Assembly (NCBI RefSeq): GCF_964204645.1
Contig: NC_134036.1
Span: 11,263,859 to 11,327,858, forward strand
Length of the DNA stretch: 64,000 nt
From: Tubulanus polymorphus
Taxonomy: Eukaryota; Animalia; Nemertea
Direction: 5' to 3'
Shown here one piece after another: positions 54,326-64,000 of this stretch (its first letter is position 1; each line of letters begins with the position of its first letter). The notes beneath the pieces were generated by a model. That model was not told the origin of the DNA and searched no databases. It saw only the letters and a list, made by a program, of their open reading frames with translations. Position numbers and translations under genes: made by a program.

Positions 54326-55181
54326 TAAAAGTTTTTCATTAAAAAATGTTGCGCATACAGCATATTCCATCAAAACTGATTGTTATTGCGGAATAAAAAA
54401 GTTTTCCTACTTAAGTTTTACTTGTTCTTAATTCTATTTGATCACGTAAAAGTGATATTTTAATGTTACTCCTTGAACCACTGAAAATATGAAAAAAAGT
54501 TAAAAGCGTCCTGAATTTGAAAATGATAAGGTTGGCAGCACTGCATTAGATTGCTTAATTACAGGTGGAAAGAGGTCAGATGGCATGAAAATCGACTGTG
54601 GCCGACTAATTGACGCGTGCAGATAAAGCGTTGAGGTTTCAAAAGATGTCGCGAAAATGCCTGTATCATCAGGGGTAGACAAATTATCCGAAGATAAATG
54701 AAAACTCCACCTTGTTTATCGTCAGTTGATTTAGCTGTTATTATTTCTTCTGGATCAATCGACACATAATTCATTTCAAAATCTGTTTTCAGTAGAATTT
54801 CCTTCAATAAAATAAGAATCTATTTGACTAATTTTCTTTAGGTGATGCAGATAACAAGTACAAGGATAAGAAGTTGAATCTTTAAACTGGCGATTTTACT
54901 TGAATGGACGATTGACGTTCGTCGCCGGTGATGGAACGGTGCATCCTATTTGTAACTTTAGAAATCGTCACCGACGAATTATAAACAGTAAACAACCCGA
55001 TAATTCATTTATTTACTCGCAGCTTTATTGAATCTAATTATAACACGATATTTGACGACTGAGTAACAAATATGAATTCACTTCAGTCAGTCAGTTACCT
55101 GAATGCGGTTCAGTTTCATAATCGGATATTTCAAAAATCGCCAAAAGTATATCCAATAGGAAACCAAATTGCCACCGACGA

Positions 55182-55590
55182 TTAGCAACATTCATTTATG
55201 ATAGTGCAGGACCGGCTGCAACACTCAGTGAAATCACTACACGCAGAACCCGATGACTTGCAACCTATACTTAAAAAGAAGATGACATTTAATGTGTGAT
55301 GAGTCAATTGTTTTAACTTAAACTTAATTGAATGAGTAATTGAACCTTCGCCCATACGTAGGGCCGGCGCTGATCCTGAAGATGAGGACGAACGATTAGC
55401 CTCGTTTATGTCGACCATTCGGACAAACAAATCGATTCGTCGATTAATGTCACTTCGATTTTTTGTTAATATTGAAAACCTACGAATATATGCATTATTT
55501 CCCCAGTCGTTACTCACCCTCTGCAAATGACGCGCCACTGGCCACGACCACAACAACAGCCCATACACGAGTCATTAAGTAAGCAAGCAT
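55182..55590 (-). CDS. Secreted inhibitor-cystine-knot peptide precursor, paralog 2 (51 aa)
   Basis: Exons 55590-55518 and 55264-55182 with the same phase-1 intron give MLAYLMTRVWAVVVVVASGASFAEG-CKSSGSACSDFTECCSRSCTIINECC*. 5' UTR exon and upstream region near 57079-57425 are homologous to 37234-37590. Confidence 0.88.
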
Positions 55591-56689
55591 TTTCAACGCC
55601 TAACAGTTGAATAAGAAATATAAGAATTGGTAAGTGGTAAAATCACCTTGGTAAAAGTCCCCAATTCTTCAAAGCAGGTAAAAAAATACCTCGCCTTCCT
55701 TTACGAATTGAATTGAATGTAAGGAGATACGATCTCAAGGTCAATCAATTAATATTATTGATACATATATCCAATTAATTCATACGTTACTGCGGAACAA
55801 CATCGACGATATCAGGCCCATACAACCGATAGATATACTATTTGAATTAAAACATTTAAACAGTTTGCTTTAAGAGCAATAAGTGGGGATTTTTACCTCC
55901 TTTGAATATTTGGGGATATTCAAAGGAGGTATTTTCACCTACAGCCATATAATTTGACAATTTACACAAGCGAGAGTTTGGTCACAATTAGCCTCATCAG
56001 TTCGAAACGGTGAGAATAAAACCCGCCGATTTAATGGTTAATTCAGTAATTATTTGTTTGAAACATTAGATTAAATGAAGTCAGTTTAATGACATACGCT
56101 GTATATTTTGTAGCCTGGCCCTAAGTGCGGACGGGCATCAAAGAAACACGAAAACAAGTTTCTGTCACATATTTTTGGTTGAATAGGCGTTATATGTAAT
56201 AAAGGTAGTCATCGTTAATTCGTATCTTATCTTTAAAACACGAGATTGTGTAATCTAATGTCTTCATTTGGTTAAATGTAGAAATACTCAGAATATGTTA
56301 CTTAGAAGGTATGATCAGTGACACGACAATGAATGATCCTCATAAATATGCTTTAACACTACGTATGTTATTTACTTAGGGTCTTGCCGAAGGTTCGGCT
56401 GCTGTATTCAATATAGGAAAGTTTATGTAGAAAATTCGCTCATCCATTTTACACTTAATACGTTTTATACATTATTCACATTTCAATTCAATTCTCTTAA
56501 CATGACAGCTGTTAATATTTGTACTTGAATCAAGAGTGAGAACGGTTGGAATATGAAACTATTTCGTCCGATATATTTTACTGAAAATTCAGGCCCTAAT
56601 ATAATCCAGTTAACTAATGAACATATTCGCCCATGTCAAATTAAAACTATGGGACAGGATCAAGAGTAGAAAAGCCACAGAACCGTCAT

Positions 56690-56960
56690 CTCCACCGGTC
56701 AATGGATTCGAACCCACTATACGCTCAAGCTGTTCCCCACACCCCTTGACCAAAATTTTGGAATTGGGTCCAAAATATAACCGAAACCCTTCCGAGTGTG
56801 GATCGTGATTCCAATTAACGGAGCCCCGGCGAAAAGTAAATATTTCTGTAAGGAAATGATCTCTTCGGAACGAAACCACTCGCCCACACCGCTCGCTCTT
56901 CCCTTTCTAACTCTATACAATTCGTGGACTTGTCTTCGATAGCCCGTCGCGGAACGTATT
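56690..56960 (-). repeat. tRNA-derived SINE-like repeat (partial copies at about 35905-35965 and 62780-63003)
   Basis: Minus strand has A-box-like GTGGGCGAGTGG and B-box GGTTCGAATCC. Segments recur elsewhere in the window. Confidence 0.45.
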
Positions 56961-59316
56961 TTAATTACGACGCATAAAATCCATAATCAAAATTTTCTCA
57001 TGACACTTTGATTCTGCATACATTGACAACGAACGTTCGATTAGGAAATAATTGAATAATATTTCATCGCCGGGCTTACCTTCTTCTAACCTGTTCAACT
57101 TTCGAAATGAAAATATCTCGTCGCTAGAGAGCAGGAACATTCAGCAAAAGAATAAAACACGCTGTGCGAAATAGTTCATAAATTAAACCAATGATTGCAC
57201 AGCTTGATATTGCGTGAAATCTATATCGGTGTTTTGTCGAGCCGAATCGATGCGCACCCGGCATTTCAAAATCGACCCACGCGCGCATCACTATTTACTC
57301 GCGCAAAGTGTTTTTCTAGTTTGGTCACTCAAGGACAGTCGTTATATTTATTGAGCTGTCCCCTTTTAGAATTTCTGAACATCAATTTTTCATACGGTAT
57401 ATTTCAATATTTTCGCTGATCTACGGTGCCTGTATGTGGAATACGTCATTCTGATGAGTGACCAACTGTTTTTCTGTTCTTACATCTGCGATCATAAAGT
57501 GAACCTGCGCGTATTCCTGTCGACCACTGGGCGCGGTCCTGACTGATGAATAAATACCGTAGACCATAGTTATACAGACATCACGCACAGTCGCAATTAT
57601 AGTCGCGTGATCTAGACCGTCACCCGGGTCATAAACTTAATTTTTGCCCAGCCTGGTATGTGGATGAAGTGAAAAATCCCCAGGGTAGAAATACCCGAGG
57701 TAAAAATCCCAAAATCTTCAAAGTAGATAAAAGAAATGGTTAAAGATATGCGGCGGATGAATAGCATAGTAATGATGAACTTTAACTATCAACTGTTCAC
57801 TGGCTGACTGTTACCAAATTTTGAGCGACCGGTCCTTGAATGGAGACTAGCAAGACCGAGGAATAAGGTTTTCCCTCCTAGAAATGAAACTATATCTCTC
57901 TCAATACAACATGGATAATCGATTATAATCGAAAACATATTTTCAAATTCTTATTCCAAGGAGACAATCGTTGCTGCCTATAACCATACAAGCTTCCCAC
58001 GCTAGGAACAAAGCGTGACCACCTTCTAAGACATTTTCCAATCTACTAATAAATATTTTCGTACATTACATGATATCAACATTAGGTTTAGAATGATATC
58101 GTGATTTATATGCATTAACAATTTGCTGTTTTTCAAAAGACTGTGGCGCGCAAAACCCTCGTGAGTAAATCTGATATGGAAGCATGCATGAAACATATGT
58201 ACTGAACGACGCGAGGCATTTAACATATACGCCTTGCTGTAAAATCTATTCAGTATCTTTTCAGTGACAGTCGATTCTAAAAAAACGCTGAAATATGCAG
58301 GATATTTCAAATAGGAATGAATGTGCTAGATCCTTATAACCAAAGTAGTTTGAATCCAACGCAATCTTCAGATTCTGTCGATGATAAATCTTGATTTTCA
58401 AACAAATATTTCTTTTCTCTAAATCACAAAATAAGGCATACAGATTGTCTAAAAACACGACACTACGCGATACTTTGCACGAATCACTACCTATGCATTA
58501 TATAATGTATCATGCATTATATATAATATGATTTACCTTAGATTTGAACATCCAAATCTGGTGAATGGCTCTGCGAGGAGGCTGAGGAATATATCAGATA
58601 GGCGTATCTATGTTCAATTGAATTTGATTTAAGTTTCATTTTCTGAATATAAAATAAATAAATTGCGGTTTCAATTTTAATTTAATGACTTTCAGCATGG
58701 GACCTGCGTAATTATAGTAGCGTGAAATACAATTTCGGAAGCGCGTCCAGTATAGTTAGGTGGTAGTAAAAATGCAAATATCAAAAACTTTATTGTGATC
58801 AAATTATTTTATTAACACGTTTCATAACAACGCTCCTTTCTACGCAGCTATGGATTCAAAATTGATTAGAATCCAACGTTTCAAAAATCTCCGAACAATT
58901 AACAATGTTATATGGGTGTTTGAAATCTTTGATCATAAAGTATATTGGCGATCATATACAGAAAAAAATACATGTTTGACGATGAATATTCATTAAATTG
59001 GAAATTTGGATTTGAATATTTCCGCGCGTATTTAACTCGCTTTTGTCGAGTGTATGAGCTTCGATGGTAAGATGACCTCATAACATATATAGCAATCAGT
59101 GAACAAACTTAAACGAGGATAACTGCAAACACGTGAATTTCGGTTGCTTAATCATTTTTTCTTGAGTTGATTTACGCACGTATTTTTACTGCAAGATATT
59201 TGAAGTATTTTCGACTCGCTGAAATGAGTAGCAGAAGCGGCAGTAGCGGAGACGTAGATAGAGAGAGAGACATTTTTACGGTCCAGCGGTTCCAATAGAG
59301 ACATTGCTAATAACGT

Positions 59317-61992
59317 TATTCAAAAACCTGTTCAGGAAAGGGACCATAAGCCCTGCAAGGCATCTTCCCAGGGCAGGGAGGGGTCGCAGCCTTGGATAAT
59401 GGCAGCCTTTCTAGGTGACGGAAAACACTGATTTCAAACCCGGGCAGAAAGGATAATGGCAGCCTTCCTAAGTGAAGGACATCACCGACCTCAAAACCAG
59501 GATAGATCAAATCCTTAAGCGCTACAAGGCAATTGATCTGCATCTGCTCCAGCCTCCAGCTTGTGGTCCCAGCGGCACCAGATGGACCATGACTGCTGCA
59601 GACGTGAGAGTGGGTCTTGCTCTGCACAAACAACACCCACTTACAATACGTGCAGGTCAACAGCTTCTCAAAGCTTTTTTTCACAAGTCCTTCGGCGATG
59701 GAGAAATACTGACGGTAGCAGGTGAAGGATACTGCTGGAAGCTACAAGGCAAGACTCCACACGTAAGGCGATCTGGATAGGATTGTCGCTCAGCCACGAA
59801 TCGTGACAGATTCGTATCCTGTCCAGATGTCAGAGCAGGCCTCTTTAGGATTAACGCTGCTCTCCTTGAATAAGGAAGAGACTAGAAAAGATGTCTCAAA
59901 CATCGCCTGTCACACCTAAACTTATCAGGCAGCCGCGCCTGGTTAGTAATCCAATCATGCGGTAGAAACGGTCAGAAGAAACTATATTTCGCATCTTGGA
60001 ATGTCAGAACACTACTCGAAAATGATCGTCAGTTAGAACGCCGAACAGCGATCATTGCTAAAACACTAGAAAAGTATAGTATCGACATCGCAGCACTAAG
60101 TGAAACGAGATTTAGTGGGGATGGCAAGCTGTCAGATTCTGGCTACACTTTCTACTGGAAAGGTCTACCAGAGGGTACCCCAAGGCATGCTGGAGTTGGC
60201 TTTGCCATCAGAACCGACTTGATGAAAGACCTAGAGATAGCCCCAGAAGGGATATCTGAACGTCTATTGGTACTACGCATAAAGTCGGGCTCGCATAACA
60301 TGACCGTTCTGAGCGCATATGCACCCACAATGATGCACAGCGAGGACACCAAAGAGGAGTTCTACGATGGGCTAAACAGAATAATCACGGTAACCCCTGA
60401 AAACCACAGATTATTTCTCATGGGCGACTTCAATGCATGAGTTGGACGTGATCATGCCACATGACCTAAGGTACTGGGTCATCATGGAATCGGCCACTCG
60501 AACACCAATGGTACACTCCTACTCTCCACCTGCTCTCAGCATAGTCTTGCAATGACGAATACTTACTTTGAGCTCCCTGAAAAAAACACAAAGCGTCCTG
60601 AATGCACCCAAGGTCTAAACACTGGCACCTGATTGACCACATCATCACACGCCAAAAAGACCTAAAGGATGTTTGCATAACCCGAGCGCTGCGCGGCAGT
60701 GGTTGTTGGTCCGATCACCTTCTCATTAGAAGCAATGTCAAACTCCCACGGACAGCGAAACCCAAGCGTCACCAGCGTAACACTGCAGCAAGAAAGTTAG
60801 GCGTAGAGGTCCTGAAGGATGAAGAAAAGCGCACAGCCCTTCAGAACAATATCGCATCCCTTGAAGACATAGAAGCATCTAACACAATTGAAGATGCCTG
60901 GAAAACCTTCCGTGACTCAACCAATAAGAAACGGTACCAAACAGGGCTGTGTCCTAGCCCCAACCCTGTTTGGGATTGTCTTCCCACTGATGTTACACCA
61001 TGCCTTTAAAGACCTGGACACGAGTGTCTTCCTGCAAGTTCGAACCGATGGCAAACTGTTTAATCTCCGTCGGTTCTCTGCTAAACGAAGGTGTTCGAGA
61101 TGATCATTCGCCATCTACTGTTCGTTGATGACTGCGCTTTGTCAGCTCACACCCCGGAAGAAATCCAGCTTCAGGTTCACTGCAGCAGCAAAAGCATTTG
61201 GACTGACTACAAGCCTCACCAAGACTGAAGCGATGTTCCAGCCAGCCCCAGGGCAGCCCTATGTACCACCAGCCATTACCGTCGATGGTCACACCCTGAA
61301 TGCAGTAGATTGTCTTGATTGTCTTGCTACTTGGGCAGCATTATGAGTCATGATGCAAGCCTTGATGCAGATATTGCCCTACGCATTGCCAAAGCCAGCA
61401 CTGCATTCGGCAGACTCAATAAGAGACTCTGGAATGATCATGGCATCAGACTGTCTAACAAGATCCATGTGTACCAAGCGACAGTACTCTCATCTGTGCT
61501 ATTTGGCTGCGAGACCTGGGCAATCTACAAGCGCCACATTAAGCAGCTTGATAGCTTCCACATGCGTTGCTTAAGGCGCATCTGTGGAATAAAAAGGCAG
61601 GACTATGTACCGATTACAACCGTGGTTGAGAGATGTGGCTGTACTGGCGTAGAGGCAAATATCATGAAAGCTCAACTCCGCTGGTGCGGTCACCTTGTAC
61701 GGATGGATGATAGCAGGATACCCAAGGCCCTTCTATACAGCCAACTGCGTCATGGCCGCCGTAACACTGGCCGCCCACGCCTCCGCTTCAAGGACTCACT
61801 CAAGCGTCAACTCAAAGCCAGTGGTATGGACACTTGAGACATGGGAACGTTCTGCCCAGGACAGATTGCTCTGACGCACCCACTGTCATAATGCTGTCGT
61901 ATCCTTCGAAGCCGAACGCATCAACAAGCTCAAGGACAAAGGCAAAGCTAGAAAGGCTGCTGCTCATTCATCATAGTGATGAGAGATTCCAA
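59317..61992 (+). mobile_element. RTE-clade LINE, internally deleted and decayed
   Basis: APE endonuclease [52 protein letters not shown] from about 59955. Jumps at about 60917 to RT NGTKQGCVLAPTLF, LLFVDD, YLGS, AQLRWCGHLVRMDDSRIPK, GRPRLRFKD. Possible TSD TAATAACG at both ends. Confidence 0.92.
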
Positions 61993-63055
61993 TAATAACG
62001 AATATGCAGTTAGTTTTTTTCGATTTGATATTACGATTCGATATTCTGGATTTCGTGTTTTGACCCGCTAATTTTCGTCACAAATTTTGATCAAAATGAT
62101 TTTGATCAGATATAATTGTTAACCTAATGTTGCCAAATACTCTATTTTACATAGAAATTGATGCTCTTACTAAATCCCCATATTACAATTCCCGCAACAC
62201 AATTACAGGCTGCTGCAAATAACTCAATTTACAATTCAGAATTTTGAAATTCAGCAAACACTTAGGTTTTAATAGATAATTGCTCATGATTGATTTTTTA
62301 AAGTCCAAAAGAAATTCTACTCACACACGTCTCCTGTCTTGTCTCGGAGTTAAAGATTCACCAGATTCCACAAATACACACACTGAGTTCCCAACCTTCA
62401 AAGAGTCCAGAGTGACCATTTTTGCGAGTATCAATTAACGAAGTTTGGTAAGTTGACTATTAGTGATCACAAGATCAAGATCGCATAATTCCGCTATTCC
62501 ACTAGTGCAGTTAGTTCACGTGTAGTCCGGTTAGTTCACTAATAGTCCGGTAAATTGACCGATATGTAGAACTGATATCAATCCACATGAATTTCACTTG
62601 AACACCAGCACGTCCAGGATTCACGATGACGTTTACAAGAGAGTCCTAGAAGAAAACATGAAATCTTTAGAATCCCACTGGTGAATACGTTCATATGCAG
62701 AGGGGATGAGCAGTTTAGGGCGGATGGGTGATTAAGGGAGCAAATGATTACGGTTATGTGGCTTTTTTACATAAATTGTAGAATTGGGTCCAGGGAAAAA
62801 AAACGAAAGAAGTATGGTTCGTATTTCCGATGACCAGTAGCAGGTTTAACGGAGACCCGGTGAAAAATTGATATTGGTTTAAGGAAAAGATCTCTTCGTG
62901 GGAACGAAACCACTCGCCCACACCACTTGCTCTTCCATCTTAATATTCTCGCTCTACCTCTATACATTTCGTGGACTTGTCTTGGAAAGCCCGTCGCGGA
63001 ACCTACTTTACTCGTTGTCATGGAAACTCACCAACCTGTCCATTGTTGTGTTGCT

Positions 63056-63915
63056 ATGGCTACAAACATGTCGTCTGCATCTGCAGGTGTAAAGACGGGT
63101 GACTGCTTTCACATAATATGAATGTAAACGCCTGACATGCGGCTTCGCTTTCAGATGATGAAAAAACTGGGTTTTTCGGTTACTTGGAAACCTAGCATTA
63201 CAGGATGCTTTGCAACATAATCTAAGAAACAATGTTAAAGGTCAAGTGCCCTCTAATTCCTACTTTAGAGTATAATATGTTGATTGATAAAACATTGAAA
63301 AATGTTTAGGAACTCTGAAAAGTTCTGTTTAAAGGAAGAGACAAGTTTAGCTTCTTCCATAGTATTTTAAGTTTATTCAGTTAAGGTTGAGAAATTGTGT
63401 ACATGAGAATTTCAAGTGGTTATTAGTATTATGTCTATTTATCAGAAGGTATTGCTGTGGTTTCTAAGAAGTTGCAGCCTCGTGTTTGCGAAAAAATCGC
63501 CACGCAGTACAGTTAGTTCATTTGACGTTTACATGACTTTTTTGTACTTTTGGCTTTTGTGCAAATCTAACTTGAAAAAACTGTGCTTGTTTGCAGTAAC
63601 AGACGTAAACCCAAATATTGCGTCGGCACTTGCCAGGCTCGAGGAGCAACATACTAATGGAGACGAGGATCGTAAGTAACATCATATTCCGCTGTAGGAA
63701 CTTACTTTATTGTATTGCGCTTGAACATAATAACTGGCACTTATTTTCAGTGATGGAGCGAATGCGCGATAAAATGCTGCAAAACGACTTGATCGGTACG
63801 CGGATTGAATGCGATTCTAACACTTTCTCGTTTCATTTTCTGATCTAATAACTATTTGAAGTTTTATGCTTGAAGATTAGTTTGTTTAGTGTTTCCAGCT
63901 TGTATTCGTGAATAA
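63056..63915 (+). CDS. Small six-exon gene or pseudogene of unknown function (about 105 aa)
   Basis: Exons 63056-63086, 63155-63240, 63446-63511, 63597-63671, 63751-63795, 63899-63915, all introns phase 1. Internal exons of 66, 75 and 45 nt are open; exon 2 needs one extra A at 63161-63166. Confidence 0.55.
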
Positions 63916-64000
63916 CCGTTACCTAATATTGCATTATAGAAATCAATTAAGATTATGTAAATACGTTTATAGCCGGACTTTCAAAAATGGTAATAGTGAC

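Larger units (their letters stand above)
50645..54543 (+). mobile_element. hAT transposon with 6-bp TSD (hAT6-like)
   Basis: 12-bp TIR CAGTGCTGCCAA / TTGGCAGCACTG; CATTAG duplicated at 50639-50644 and 54544-54549. Confidence 0.9.

Noticed and set aside
55182-55568. 128-aa ORF-track call as the real protein
   Set aside because: It reads through the intron and uses the wrong frame in the leader exon; the paralog supports the spliced 51-aa model.
59472-59780. 102-aa ORF as RTE ORF1
   Set aside because: GTG start, no domain signal, and no second copy to test for coding constraint.
62545-63082. Minus-strand Cys-containing exons as a third knottin gene
   Set aside because: No homology to the conserved leader exon, and the Cys-rich frames do not join in phase.

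Overview
AT-rich animal genomic DNA (GT-AG introns, no prokaryotic features). An invertebrate, plausibly a lophotrochozoan, is an inference from repeat and gene types. Most of the window is nested, decayed transposable elements: a Harbinger Myb/SANT pseudogene, Ty3/Gypsy pol remnants, two copies of a Mutator-like foldback element, EnSpm/CACTA-type elements, a near-intact hAT with a 6-bp TSD, an RTE LINE, Helentron-type HINE repeats and many MITEs. Small host genes that the ORF track misses or only partly catches sit between them. (1) Two paralogous minus-strand genes (36372-36676, 55182-55590) encode 50/51-aa precursors of signal peptide plus inhibitor-cystine-knot peptide. They have hypervariable loops, a seventh C-terminal Cys and nemertide-alpha/omega-conotoxin-like Cys spacing, and are the best candidate for a new toxin or defence-peptide family. 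(2) A small secreted WSC-domain gene. (3) A six-exon orphan gene at the right end. A second notable system is a splice-acceptor-led tandem zinc-finger accessory ORF in the env position of two different Gypsy lineages, with a visible excess of synonymous changes between copies. All translations and alignments were done by eye; no database searches were run.
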